From positions 45,262,001 through 45,326,000 of the forward strand of contig CM052816.1 in the NCBI GenBank assembly GCA_028534125.1: a stretch of DNA of 64,000 nt, in the 5' to 3' direction. The translations under genes and the position numbers were made by a program. How positions within the stretch are numbered: position 1 is the stretch's first letter; each line of letters begins with the position of its first letter. This DNA is from Lama glama (Eukaryota). Positions 1 through 13,966 of this stretch are shown piece after piece. The notes below the pieces were generated by a model. It ran no database searches, was not told the origin of the DNA, and saw only the letters and a program-made list of their open reading frames with translations.

Positions 1-520
1 GTGAGATGCCTAGGGGCCAAACAGAAAGTTGTAGCCTGGGACCTGCAGGAATCTAACTAGGCTGGGGAGACAAAAAATAGGACTGAAATCTACTAAAGCA
101 ACCAGGACTTGAGGGGCCAAGACCCCAAAGGAAAAGGGAACCGTAAAGGCATTTGCCACTTCTGAAGCTGCCTGTGTGGGTTGAAAGGCTCAGAAACCAA
201 GCAGAGAGCAGCTGCTCAGAGGCTCAACAGCTAAGCAGACACTTCAGCAGCTGCACGTACCAGGGAACGAAAAGACAAAGAGTCCAGAGCCTGCCGAGGA
301 GGAGGAGTTCCAGAAAACACAACGGGCTTTCAGGTGAGTCACCTGGATCACCTGAATCAAACTTAGTTTGCCCCAAGAGAGGGGGCAAACCATAACTGGA
401 TTAACCATCACTATACCTGAACCCCAGTTTCTACTAGACCAGGGTGATCAGCTCATATTCAATTTGGCTTCCAAAAGAAAGTGAAATCCTCTTCAGAGGA
501 AGAAATTTGAACTAATTTTC
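1..520 (+). mobile_element. Probable old L1M 5'-region fragment
   Basis: Motifs such as gctcagaggctcaacagctaagcaga and agagtccagagcctgcc...aggagttccag resemble recalled ancient L1 5' UTR consensus; heavily degraded. Confidence 0.4.
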
Positions 521-3500
521 ATATAGGGTTGGCACACGGACTGCCACCTCTGAGAATTTACTTGCTAAAGCTTTTGTCTGGCCCACACGATGTTCGCTTT
601 TCTCATCCGCATGCTTTTGGGAGGAGTCCGTACTGTCTGGGTCTTCCACAGTCCCCACCAATCTCTGTGGTCTCACAAGAGGCCCATTTTGCCCACCTAA
701 AGTTACTGACTGGAAACTGAAGGCATTTCCTACACCCTGGAAAGCAGATGAGTGAGGACCACAGATCTATGTTCTAAACCAAGCACTATGTCAGTGATCA
801 CAGGAGACTGCATGAGGGGAGCATCGGTGGGTGATGGACATCACTAAGAGGGAGGGCCAGTGGCGGAAGAGAGGATTTAAGGAGTGAGTTTACAAATCCT
901 TGTGTAGCCTCTAATTTGCCTTTATGTGGCTTCTGAGACAAACATTTCTTCTTGTCCACGTACTCATTTATAGTACTTTACATTTGTAAAACATTACATA
1001 GTTTACAAATTATGTTTTTATATGCTACTTAGGACAAAACTTAGGGCAAGAATCACACCTCTGTTTGGAAAGCAAATAACTAAGGCTCAGAGAGGCCAAG
1101 TCCCTGGAAGAACAGAGACTGCACAACGCTCCTTCTAGTACACTTGACAGCTCAGTATTACAGAAGGTCATAAAATACACATATAAATCTACTCATGGAA
1201 AATGTATTCTCCTCATTCCAATATCTGCATAAGACATGAGATAAGAAGAAAATTTTAGACTCTGGAAAAATTATAAATTAACAGCAAGGCAAAGAATCTG
1301 AATGACTCGGTGAAAACTAGTCCCAAATGTTAACTGTCTGATTTGTTCTCCCAAAGCTGTTTTTACAAGGGGAGGCATGTGTCTTGCTTACTTTAATTCT
1401 TATAGGTTTGCTATTTCAAGAATCAGAGTGTTCTAAAATGTTTTCACATGTAAAGTGAAGGTCCACAGAGCCCAAAAGCATGCCACATGGTTAAAATGCA
1501 AAGCATGTGGTCATGGAGGCACAGGAAAGAACACTGAAATAGAAAAACCATGGAGTGAGAAACTAAGATAGGATCAGAGCAGGAGAAATGGAGACACCTC
1601 TTTTGCAAGGATAGAGCCAGGTATCAAAACACAGTCTATTCAAGCCCATCATTACTAAAACTGTATTCACAGAAGACACTCACTGGCAGATCAGATCCTG
1701 ACACTTTCATTTAGAGAACCCAGCACAAACAAAAGCAAAAATCCGGCAGCCTCTGAAGAGCGCTGCTTGGCCAATCAACAGGCTAACGTGAAGGTAATGT
1801 TAGATGCTGTCATTCATTTTCAAATGGAGTAAGAAGTTTTTTGCACGAGGACACAAAGATATTTCACCAGCCCAGATGCTACTGAACATTGAACAGAATG
1901 GCACAATCTAATCAAGACAATTTAAATACATCTCCTTGTCTGAGCTTCTGTATATTTATTTGTAAAGTTATAGAAATGCTCTGGGACGTTGTGAAGTGCA
2001 CATGAGATATTGGTTAGTTTCTGAATTTCACTCTCCAAAACAAGTGCAGTGATTTTTTTTCCACTGAACTTGACATGGTTCTGGGACAAATCAGTGATAG
2101 AGTCCCAACCTCCCCTGGCTTCTGCATGTTTATTGCAGGGTTTTCTGGGAAGACTGCTTTTCCACTCTTCATGAATAGTTCATGTGCTAGTCTCCGATGG
2201 AAACAAAGTGACATTTCTTATTACTGCTGGCTGTTGGAAAGCAATCGCAAAGGGAGTGCCTTGAAACAATTAGTCCTCTGTAACTGATTATTTAACAATG
2301 TGTATTTCCCAAGAGCTGTTTATCCTCAAAAGGGAGCAGCCAAGACTAAATATGTACTGTATCTAAGCAGACACTTGCACTGAAGCCCTCTGGATGCTAA
2401 ACGGAAATTCTCACAGAACAAAATTAAAGGAGGATTATTAATTTTCTTCTCTATTCCATTGCAATGAACTCTGTAACTTTTTGTGAGCAAGGAAACATAT
2501 TCCATTTCTTATGATACCTCAAGGACTATTTTTACTGGGAAAATCTTTTCCTAAAAGATGGCTTTAGTTTTAAAGCTGAAACTCAATGTCTTAACAAGAG
2601 ACACGTGGAAAGAAGGAAGAAAGAGAGGGAAGGGAACAGGGAGGGAGAGAGGTGAAAAAAAGGAGTGAAAAAGAAACCCAATTTTTTAGTAGAAGAAAAA
2701 TACTTTGTTTTCAAGGCACTATAGTGGACACCAGAGAACCATAATTTTTTTTTAAAGTAGCAGAAACTGTTCCCACCTTTGAGTCACTTATTTCCCTAGC
2801 TATTTAGCTGTTTAAGACATGAGGCTAGAAATGACAAGGATTTTAACCAGCTGACCTTAAATTTGAATACAGGCTTTATATTTTTAGCTACAAATTCCAT
2901 GTTGTAACTCCCTTCTCTGAAATAGGGAATGATCCAAAAACTGCCAGGGAACATCTCGAGACCAGATGCTTGCACAAACGAATAAGCAGAAGTCAATTAC
3001 AGAGACAGTTAAATAAGATTCTGAAGAATGTGGTCTCATAACTCACATTCTGAGACATGTCATTTCCCAATACTATGTAAAGTTCCACTCCCTTGCCAGC
3101 TTGTGTTCTCCAAGAAGAATTCATTTCAGCTTTTGGAACAATTCTTCTGTGTATATGAATCTTCTCCAAAAACTTATTTTTCAGCATCACTAAGAATCTT
3201 AAGCCTATTTACTGCCGGCTACCCTCATTATCTTATGTGGGATTCCCTACATGTGAGAAGATTGTCAGTCAGTGAAATTTTGACTCAGTAAATGCGAGAG
3301 AGCCCTAGAGAAACCTGAAATAAATGCTGTATTTAAGTATGAATCTGAGTGGTTCAGGTTAAAAATATAACTATATTTTAGAACACAATTAAGTTAGGAG
3401 TGATGTGAAAAACATTGAAAAAGTGTGGCACAGGCATTGATCCATCAGACTGCAGATCTAGTGCTGGAATTGGGACTTGGAGGCTCCCTGTCTAGCCAAA

Positions 3501-6470
3501 CATTAGCCTTGTAGCTGCTGGAGGTCTGCAGATACCTCTAGCTTAAATGGTTAGAAGCCAGAGACACGCAGGGGGTTTAGACAGTAGTTACCTTCAGTAT
3601 TGTAACGACTGGTATGAAATGACTGGTTCTACCAGTGCCCACTAGCTGGGTACTGGGCTTAGTGATTACTTCCTTTAATTGTTACACAAATGTGGGTATA
3701 CCTTGGACTAAACATTTTAAGAAAGTCGTGATCTGTAAGTATTAGCATAAATCTACTTAGAAATAAAAGACAACTTTTTTTTAAAATAGAGGTTGTTGAA
3801 TGTATGGATAAAAGGATTAAGAAAAATATTAAATGTAATCCCTTATGCCTTCCTTGTGGACAATACAGAGACATTTGGTTATACGCTGGATCCCAAAGAT
3901 ATTCATAATAAACCGATGTCACAATGATGAAGTTTCCAGGTGGTTTGACCATAACTGCCCTTGGTCTGGTCCAAACTTGTATCAACGAACAAGAAAATTT
4001 AGAAAACATGTATAGCGATCATCTGTTACTTTGGTCTGCCTGGCACTGCGACCATTCTACGGGTAAGAGAGTCTTTTCTTCTGGGGGAACCCCATTTCGC
4101 GTGCTTTTGGTGAGATCGACTCGACTCTTTCCACCTCTGGAGTCTGCTTATGACCCAGACCTGGCCAGAGTCCCTGTCACTCTGTGATTTGTTTCTGGAT
4201 GATCAGTGATCCAAAGTGAGGGGAATTTAAGTCCTTCACAGCATTTTCCTATTGAGGTGTAAGTTCTTTCTCTGCTGGGGCTGGAAAGCTAATAGGAATT
4301 AAAACTGGTGGTGGCTCCCATGCTTAGTGCACTCAGAAAACCCTTTCAGCAAAAAGTAAGACAGTGCCCTGAGGCCTCTGGGGTTTGGGATTATTAATCA
4401 AGAATGTATGGAACTACTTTTTTCATTTTGGAAGTTTCAGAATCTCTTTTTTGACATGAAACAAAGCACAAGGAAAATCAGGATGTTTTCACCTCACAAC
4501 CCTGCATCACAGGGAAGTGGCAAAGACACAGGTAACATGAACTTGCCGACACGTCGGCAAGCGACTCCTAGAATTAAAAACACAAATTCCCAGGGAATAA
4601 ACTTAGAGGACATTTCACCCTTCATTCTCTACCTTCTCCTCACTCTTGATATCCACCAGTTAAACACTTTTTTAAACAATCAAGAAGATATAAATATTAC
4701 GGATAAATCAATAAAATTCTGAATTGAAGTTCAGCTCTTGGGGAAAAAAGTCACGTGTTTTTCAAGGAAGAAGCAATGAAGTAGTAGCAGACATATTTCA
4801 AATGATACTTTTTTTAGCCTCACTTTTGTGTTTGCATCCATTTGTGCTTTTTAGGAAGTTCTTCATATACATTTTCTTGAATGCTCAAATGAATTAAGTT
4901 TGGTAGCTCAACCCTGAATCCTTAGAAAGTGATCTGGAAACTGCTGAAAATATTTCAAGGGATCAAAATTTCCTTTTAAAAACTGTATCCAATAATAAAT
5001 ATCAAAAAATATACCTTTCATCTGTGAGTCTCGGAGTACCTATGACATAACAATCTGGATAAAAAGTGAGACAGTAACTACCTCTGAGTAAAATACAGAA
5101 GCCAGGCATGAGATACCTAATACACATTTATGGTCAATCATGTTCACAAAAGCCGAAAAGAAACACAAAGCCAGTAACAAAACAAAAACAAAAACAAACA
5201 AAACTGTTCAGTTTTCATGGAATATACTTGGAAGATCTTACTAGGATGTACCCATATTCCATGGAAACGCCCAACCTGAAGACATAAGGCAGTTTATAAA
5301 TTAAATGAACGCTAATAAGCCCTAGAGAAATCATATTTTCCAAGGGTTTCTTAAGAGGCGTTCTTTTTAGGACCGACTCACTGAGCGCTGGTACTAGGAG
5401 TGGGCCAGGGCTCCAGATGCCACAAAGCAGTGATAGTCATTGCTTCAACAGCGCCACACAGAGGGAATTAAGCCCATTAAACACGAGTCTGAAATAATTA
5501 GTTTTGACTTATACTTAGCTTGTTTTCAGTTCCTCAAAGAAAAAGTTCACAGCAGTTCTTTTTATACCTCCCCATGAAATACAGCTAAATGCTCAACAAC
5601 CCTCCTTTATTACCAAGCCTCCATCCTCCATAAGAGCTCAAAAACCTTTTTCCTGTGTCTGTGGTTTGATAGCATACACTGCTACCATTTTAATCATAAG
5701 GCTTAATTTTTTAAATTACTGCTGAATTACAATTACAGATTTTGGGTGTCCAACCTCCACTGAGTCCTAACGATTTCTCTCCAAGCAGTCATTTCCTTAC
5801 CATCTTTGAAACCACCATAATTTTATGTTATTTGCTTTCTGCCTAAAGATTGCTCCTTACCTTTTACCATTTTTAGCTCAAGCTTTGAACAGATTCCTTT
5901 CAACAAACGTCCTTGCTTTTTGCCTTTTGGAGGTAAGAGAGGACATTAGATGCAAACTCCAACTTTCCACACCTTTAGCTCCAGAACAGTTTTTCGTATA
6001 TACCTAATCCTTCTTTTCCAAGCCTGGAGAGAAAGAACCCTCTCTTCTCCTCCCTCAGATAAGCCCTCTGTCTCTTCTGTTCTTCCTGCCCTGTCCGTGA
6101 TTTTGCCAAGGCACTGAGTCTTTCCTCTGCTCGTTTCTCCTTTGTCGGTTCTTTTCACAAATAAAGAAAACAAAACCCCTAAATTTCCTTTGAACCAAGC
6201 AACGTTCCTTCTTAAGCCATTGCCCCTTCTCTCTCTTTGCATTCTCCATTACACTTCTTGAATTAAAGACAAAAAGTGTTGTTTATGTGTGAGGTACTGT
6301 ACAGTTTGCTTTATGTTCATTATATCATTTAATTAAATCCCACTGTAATCCTAAATAGCATTTCTTCCCAAATCACGGATGAAGAAAGTAGAACTGAGTC
6401 AGGATCCATGACTCAGCTGAAGTCAACCAGAGAGCAGGCTGGTGGAGCTGAGATCATGCTTCACTTCAGC

Positions 6471-6641
6471 CAGTGGTTCTCAAGCTGGGGTCCCTAGAGC
6501 AGCTGCATCAGCATTACCTGGAACTTGTTAGAAATGCAAATTCTCGGATCCCGCCTGATTTACCGTATCAGAAACTCTGGGTGTGGGGTTATGGCAAGTC
6601 CTTCACGCGAGTATGACGACACTGCGGTTCGGGGACCGCTG
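6471..6641. mobile_element. MER5A-like hAT-Charlie MITE
   Basis: Left TIR cagtggttctcaa; internal gcatcagcattacctggaacttgttagaaatgcaaattctc; degenerate right TIR ggttcggggaccgctg. Confidence 0.85.
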
Positions 6642-9016
6642 TCCTAGACCGCATTGCCCCGCAGCTCCCATCCCGTCTAACTTCTCTGTTGCACTGGGTG
6701 GGGCTGGATGCTGTTTTCTTTTGAAGCTTTCTTTTCTCCCAGCAATTCCAAACCACAGTATCTTGATTGCCTTTCACTAACGATCTCTTTCACTAGCCTT
6801 CTCCTCATATCTAGTCACTAAAACATTGGTGGCTTGACCAATGTCTCCCAAATTTCACCAATTCACCAACTTGGCTGCATATTCCCTAAGGCCCTCTCCT
6901 GATGTGATCTCCATGCTGACCAGAGGAGTCAGTGCCTAGCCATTCACCCAAGCCTGCATCTCTAGGTGGTGCTGCTCTCTCGCCACAACGTTCCTGGTTA
7001 ACCAAATTTCGTCAGTATTTGTCTCTATAATATTTTCAAACCTGTCACCTGGTCTCTATTCCCAGGTGTACTCCCCAACATGAAGGGCTGGAATATGACA
7101 ACGTACCTGCCTGGAGCTGCTCTTTTAAACACCTTCCTAAACATTTCCAGCTATCCTTCTAAAAAGTAAGTATGAGTATATCATTCTCATCTAGAATTTA
7201 AAAAATTCAAAAAAACCCCAAATTTAAAAAACAAATTAGAACACAGCAACAAAAAACCCAACTTTAATGGCTTCCCCCGACCTAAAGGCTGAAGTTTAAC
7301 ATCCCGTACGGAACATTGACGATGGCGCTGAAGCCAGCCTTGTCTGTCTCCACTCCCATCACACCCTTTGTAACTGCAAAACTTTTCCTCCTCCTGCAAC
7401 CCCCTGCTTAATGTAGGCAAGATTAATCAAGCTTTCTTTCTGCAGCCTAGGCTAACCTTGCGTGCTTTGCTTGAAACACCCGTCTCTAACCACCTACTCA
7501 TCACTTAATTAGTAAACATTAAAAGCAACATAAAGTCAGGGGCAGGTAAAATGAGTGAATTAAATCTACCGAGCATAATGACGGCACCTGTCCCATCCAA
7601 AGAGGGCAGCGTCTACTGGACTTAAAAACTGCTGCCCTGCAAGTACTGCCATTAAAGAGAAGCCAGATGTTCATTTTATGTGAAATTTCTTAATTTTAAA
7701 AGTTTGCAAAAATATTAAAAAAAAATCTAAAACCCTGTTCCATGTACCATTGTGTGTCCACCAAACAAAATACATCTGTAGGCTGTCAGTGTGGACTTTG
7801 GTTTTGGTGTTAGTTCTGCTAAGCCCTGGGATTCAAAAGTGACACAATGTCTGACCTGAGCGGTTCACCTTTGGGGCTCAGCTCAAACACTAGCACAGGC
7901 AGGAGTAAACAAGTCCTTCACTCTGTTCTCGTAACACTCTGTTTACAAGGCATCTGCCATATATATACCCTTATAGCCCAATTGTTTGCTTACTCCCTGA
8001 ATCACCAGGTCCTAGAGGAGCAGTGCTGTCATCTTCATCCTGGTACTGACAGCACTGGCGCCCTGGACCAGCAATGGGTACACACTGATTATCTACATAA
8101 CTTGTATCAACTTGATTCCAAACTTTTAAGTTACTTTGTATTTTTTCCTCCCTAAATCGACACTATGTTTTGATTAGGCACCCTGCTCTTAGATATGATC
8201 TCACTAAAGAATCTGTCTCCCCAAAAGCAAACCTAAATACGTTTTGAGTCCTATTTCAGGTGTGTGCTATCACCCTAATATGTTTTCCTACAGAGGTTTC
8301 TTGCAAGATGGTGGTCAAAGCCAGGGCTGTTTTGAGATAGTTTTGGTAAATTCAAGAAACTATTTGAGTCTAGGACAGATCTTTCCACTTGGGAAAATAA
8401 GAAAAATGAGTTCAATTGTTCCATTTGTCAATTTCACAGTGCAACTTTCCCCCATTTTTAACAAAAGCTAAAAACGTCAGCTTTAATTTTTGTTACAGTT
8501 ATATCATTTCTAGTTATGCTATCCAAACATGCTCACAAAACTAATTTAAGCTAGGCATTGCCAGACTTGGAGGATGTCAATCATTCATCAGTCAATCAAA
8601 ATATTAAGCTCCAGACTTAAGAGGGGACTGTGTGAACATCACTGTTACTTCACTGCTCAATTGATCTAAGTTTTAGACACAGCCATGTATGTGCATAGAT
8701 CCTAGACGGCTGCCATCAGCAAAGTTTATGAACATCAATCCTGTTGAAAAAATATGTTTTTGTAGTTACTGAGATGCTGTCAAAACGAAGGAGAGTAAAT
8801 ACTTTTTATTTTCCTTATCTGTATAATCAGCAAGTTTGAAGCCCAGTCAGCCATACTTCAGGTGCTAAATATGTTTAACATAGTTTTTATCACTTTATTC
8901 TAAAGTTCTGACTGATGTTTTTGTATGCACGAATACACCTACGTGTGGACACTTGCTACCTTTACACTGAAACTCCATGCCTTGTGTTCATTAGGAGGCA
9001 TGTGTACTGTCTATTA

Positions 9017-9163
<147 letters not shown>

Positions 9164-10089
9164 TCATAAAAAAAAAAAAAAAAGAAAGAAAAGAAAAAGA
9201 ATTTTTGAACTTCAGAATACCTCATAGTAACACATATATGCAAAATTATTTTTAGCTCCTTTCTGGAAAATACTCCCTATGCCTAAGTACCCATTTTGAA
9301 ACAACAACCTTGGAAATCCCATTCTTATGCCAGAGAAGAGAAGGCACATTGCTGAGTCCACATTCCTTCTGTTTTGCTGGTAGGCAGGGGGATGGAGAAG
9401 GGTGAGAACTGTTCCTCTCCTAGACTACCACCTGCTGGACTGTTCAGGAAGTGCCACTGAGGACCACAGAGATGCAATCACATTTCAATCCCAGGGAAGA
9501 CAGGGCATATAAATCTCCTTAAAAGAGCTCCCCACCAGAAAATGGTAGACAGCAGCGTGCTCCCAAAATTACTGTAGTCCAATCCCACATTTGAAAACAT
9601 AAATGATATAACTTATTTGTATGTAATGGAAAAATATGCATTCATCTCTTTTTCTGACTGAGTAGACACCAAACTTTATTTATAGCTATGGTTAAGAACA
9701 AAGATGAAGGGATGGATTCACTACTGTCAACACTAAGCTTATTCTACCCATCATTTTATCATGCAATTTGTTTTAATAGTTTCCAGAACAGCCTTCTTCA
9801 GGGCCAAAGGACTTCATTACTCTTTCTACTTATCTCTGATATTTGGGAATTAGAATAATCATCTTAAAAGGGGATTATTAATATTTAAATGGCAGGCTAT
9901 GTAAGAATTAGAAAGTGAATCTGATCTCTGCAGCTGCAAATAAACACACTTTCAAGCTACTGAAAGATGAGGATGGACCACATCACTGACAACTCTCATG
10001 ACAGACCTCAAAGTCCATATATCCTCACCATCATCAACAAAGACCTAAAATCTACATGCACTGTGGAATTATTTACAACTTCAGCAATT

Positions 10090-11460
10090 TTAAAACTTCA
10101 GTTGTTTTGAAACAATCTCAAACTTACAGAAAAGTTGAAAGTACAGTATGACCACAAAGTTTTGCAGTTGTTTTTTTCCCCTGAACCATTTAGAGTTGCC
10201 AACCTGATCCCTGGAGTGTGTATTTTCTACAAAGACATTCCTCCTACATAACCACAATACAACCATCAAATCAGAAAATTGACATTGATAGGTTACAACC
10301 TTCCTCGGATCCCATTCAATATCTGTCAATTATCCCAATAATTTCTGTTGTAGCAGAAAAATCCAGTTGACATTCTCTATAATTTTCTTTAGTCTGAAAT
10401 GGTTCTTTTGAGTGTCCTTGACTTTCATGACTAGCGTTTTTGAAGATTACCAGCCAGTTTTTCTCGTAGGGTGTCCTTAAATTTGAATTTGATATTTTCT
10501 CATGATTTAGATGGTAAAGTTGACCAGAAATCACAGAAGTGATGCTGGGTTCTTTTTTATCATTTATGCCAAAATAATTCACTTTGTCCCATTATTAAAA
10601 TGTTCATTTTGGTTACTTGATTAAGATAGCAGACAAACTGTAAAGTTAGTCTTTTCCCCTTTATAACTAATATGTATTGTGTATGGCATTATTTTGAAAC
10701 TAGGTAAATACCCTTTTACTTATCAAATGTTTGATTTATTCATGTATTTTTTAATAATATGGACCCACAGATTCCAATTTAATGGGTTACTATTTATTGC
10801 TATCATTGATTTTGATGTTCAAATTGCCCTAAGTTTGATGAGTGGGAGTCCCTTCAGGATGGTTTCTGCTTTTTCTAGTATGTCCTCATCATCCTGTGAG
10901 CACTTTCTTGGCTCTTTGGCCCAACAAGATGTTTCAAGCTCATCTTGTACCTTCTCTGCCCCAGTCCTGGTTTCTTTTAGGGTAGAATGGCATTCAGAAA
11001 CCAAGATCTGGGGCTGGGCATGATCGTGGCTCCTGAGGGGGGTGCTGCTCCTCAGCCCTCTCTGTAGACACAGCTGGAGAACACGCATGTGTAGACACAA
11101 GCTCACACACACATTTATAGCTATATTTCTTTTTTTGGCAGCAGCGGAGCGGGGAGGTAATTAGACTTACTTATTTAATTTATTTTTATTTTTTTAACGG
11201 GAGCGCTGGGGATTGAACCCAGGACCTCATGCATGCTAAGCACGTGCTCTACCACTGAGCTATACCCTCTCCTGTATCTATATTTCTATATCTACCTCTA
11301 CATAATGAAAATCATTAGCTCACAGCAATACTTCAAATTCCCATCCAATGCCACAGGGTTTATTTTCTCCCTTTTTATATTTGTAATTCCCTTCTCTGTT
11401 GTTAAGAAATGTACTTCTCATTATTGTTAATATATTCACCTATTTGATCAACTGTATTGG
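10090..11460 (-). mobile_element. Old L1MC-type LINE 3' end, interrupted by a SINE
   Basis: Begins ttttgaaacaatctcaaacttacagaaaagttg and contains gcattcagaaaccaagatctgg, both typical of L1MC4/5-like 3' UTRs read antisense. Confidence 0.7.
11131..11272 (-). mobile_element. tRNA-derived SINE, camelid Vic-1 type
   Basis: Reverse complement GGAGAGGGTATAGCTCAGTGGTAGAGCACGTGCTTAGCATGCATGAGGTCCTGGGTTCAATCCCCAG with Pol III A and B boxes, an AT-rich tail and oligo-A. 15-bp TSD tatagctatatttct (11116-11130) / tgtatctatatttct (11273-11287). Confidence 0.9.
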
Positions 11461-12502
11461 ATGGTAACCAATCTTCCATTGCAGTCATCTCTTCCTTGTA
11501 CAGATGGCCTCCCAGACTCACTCAGGTTCTCATGAACCTCATAGAGGACACCTCACCCTGCATAGGGATGCCCTCTCGTAATGACTGGGTTGGGACACTC
11601 CATGCTCGACAACTCCCTGTAGGTGCACATCTTGCTCAGCACCAACTAATGGCCTTAGGATAGAATTGCTTTGGAAGGAAGAGCAAGGAAAGAACAAGAA
11701 GAGAAAGGATAGAAAGAGGGGAAGAGGGAATCAGAGCATTTTTTCCTTTTTTGAAAAAGAAAAAAAAAAAGGCTTTAGGAGGAGACCAGGCTGATATCTT
11801 GTCAGAGATCCCCTTCACAGAAACATGTCCACTGTCTGAATTGTCATAACTGCACAGAGAAAATAAGAATAATATAAAACACAGTTTATACAGATGAACA
11901 GTTTCTTTGTCACTAATGCCTTACCTAAGGACAAGAGAGAATCTATTAAGATTTAATTTTTTTAAAAAATTCATTTTTGTTTAATGAAATCATGCCGTTG
12001 GATAAAGGTCCAGAAGGCTTATTTTCACTTCTGACAAGATCCCTAATATTTAGGAAACTGCCTAAGCTACGCTCATGGAAGTTTTCAAAATTAGGTATCA
12101 GCCTGGCAATTGCATTCTTTGCTCTCACTGTGTAAGTACAGAATTCTATTTATGGCTCTGTGCACAGTACAAAAGGACACGCATATTTTGCATGAACAGC
12201 GAGGAACCAAATTTTCAAAATTTGGCCTGCATGTTCTTCTGAGAGCTTAGAGCCAGACAGTGTGCTGACAAAGCTGAGTGCGGAAGCCAAGAGAGCATTC
12301 TGGGGCTGACTAGAAACACCCAGGGCTCATGTTTTTCTGGAACTCTGCAGAAAAGTGTGGTCGCTTGGCACCCCAGATCAGAAACTGCAAGGAAAGAAAG
12401 CCAGTCATAAATAATTCAGTATTCTGAACAAGAAACCCCGGGCTGGTTTTCCAGCAGTGCAACAATGATTGAGACGTGATTTCAGATGGAATAAACACAC
12501 CC

Positions 12503-12670
12503 AGGGGAACATCTGGATTTTGTGAGCCTGAAGTTTACAAAACTTAGCAAGGCTTCTTTAAAAAATAAAAATTGCAAAAGAATAATTAGGTCTAAGATCT
12601 TCGAAGGGGCTCATGCACGTAAGAGGCCCTAAAACCCATGTTTCATGAGCTTTCTGGTTACCCTACCTGA
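12503..12670. mobile_element. MER53-like hAT MITE
   Basis: tggattttgtgagcctgaagtttacaa...gaaggggctcatgcacgtaagaggccct...tttcatgagc matches the recalled MER53 layout. Confidence 0.6.
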
Positions 12671-13058
12671 GGAGGTACCTCCCACCTCTTTGGGGCCAAG
12701 AGTAACAATGACGGGGTGGGGCGGGGGGGGGTGATGAAAGTCGGAGGAGGGTGGGTGTTGTCGTTTAACAGCTACTAGAAATTCCACTTGGCAAACTGAA
12801 ACTTAAGCTTTATTTAATGAAAACTGTTTTAGTTTCATGTCTCCTAAGCTGATAGGCCACATTTGGTGAACTACTAGTAATTTTCTGTTGGCTATCTAAG
12901 TCATCGCTTACCAAAGCAGGCATTTATAAAATTGGCAATGTCAGAAACTTATGTTTAGCTGTGAATTAGTTAAGAGGAAACAGAATCATTTCAATGTTCT
13001 CAATAAAAGGAAGCCCTAAAAACACAGCATGGAGCCCAAGGAATAAGGGCTTCTATAT

Positions 13059-13966
13059 AAAGGACTGTGTTGTCCAGAATACATAAGGAACTCCTACCAC
13101 TGAGCAAAAATCAAACAATCCAAACCAGAAATGGGCAAAGGACTTGAATAGACATTTCTCCAAAGAAGATACACAAATAGCCAAAGAGCACATGAAAAGA
13201 TGCCCAGCAACACTGCTCACTAGGGAAATTCAAACCAAACCCACAGTGAGGTACTATTTCACACCCTCTAAGATGGCTACTGTCAAAAAACTAAAAAACT
13301 ACAAATGTCGGTAAAGATATGGAGAAACTGGAACCCTTGTGCCTTACTGGTGGGAGTGTGAAATGGGGCAGCTGCTGTGGAAAACAGTTTGTCGGTACCT
13401 CAAAAAGTTAAACAGGATTACCATATAATCCAGAACTCTCACTTCTAGGTATATACTCAAAATAACTGATAGAAGGGACTCAGAGACTTATACGTCAATG
13501 TTCATGGCAACATCATTCACAGTAGCCCGAAGGTGGAAACAACCCAAATGTCCCTCAAGAGATGAATGGATCAACAAAATATGATGCGTACATACAATGG
13601 AATATAGCTCAGCCTTAAACGGAAATGAAATTCTGACATGTGCTACAATGTGGATGAACTGTGAAAAATTCTGTTGAGTAAAATAAGCCAGACACAAGAG
13701 GACAAATACATGGTTCCACTTATGTGAGGCACCGAGAAAAGGCAAATTCAGAGGCAGAAAGTAGAACAGAGGTCACAAGAGGCTGGGAGGAGGGGAAAGA
13801 GAGAGTTATTGCTTAACGGGTACAGAGTTCATATTTGGGATGATGAAAACAGTCTGAAAATGGATAGTGGGGATGGTTGCACAACACTGTGAATGTATTT
13901 ACTGCCACTGAATTGTACACTTAAAAATAGTTAAAATGGTAAGTTTTATGTTATGTATATTTTACT
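13059..13966 (+). mobile_element. L1MB-type LINE, ORF2 3' end + 3' UTR
   Basis: aaatgggcaaaggacttgaatagacatttctccaaagaaga; ggagaaactggaaccct; ends gccactgaattgtacacttaaaaatagttaaaatggtaagttttatgttatg. Confidence 0.9.

Noticed and set aside
11205..11272. tRNA-like sequence with A and B boxes
   Set aside because: It has a SINE tail, oligo-A and TSD, so it is a SINE rather than a tRNA gene.
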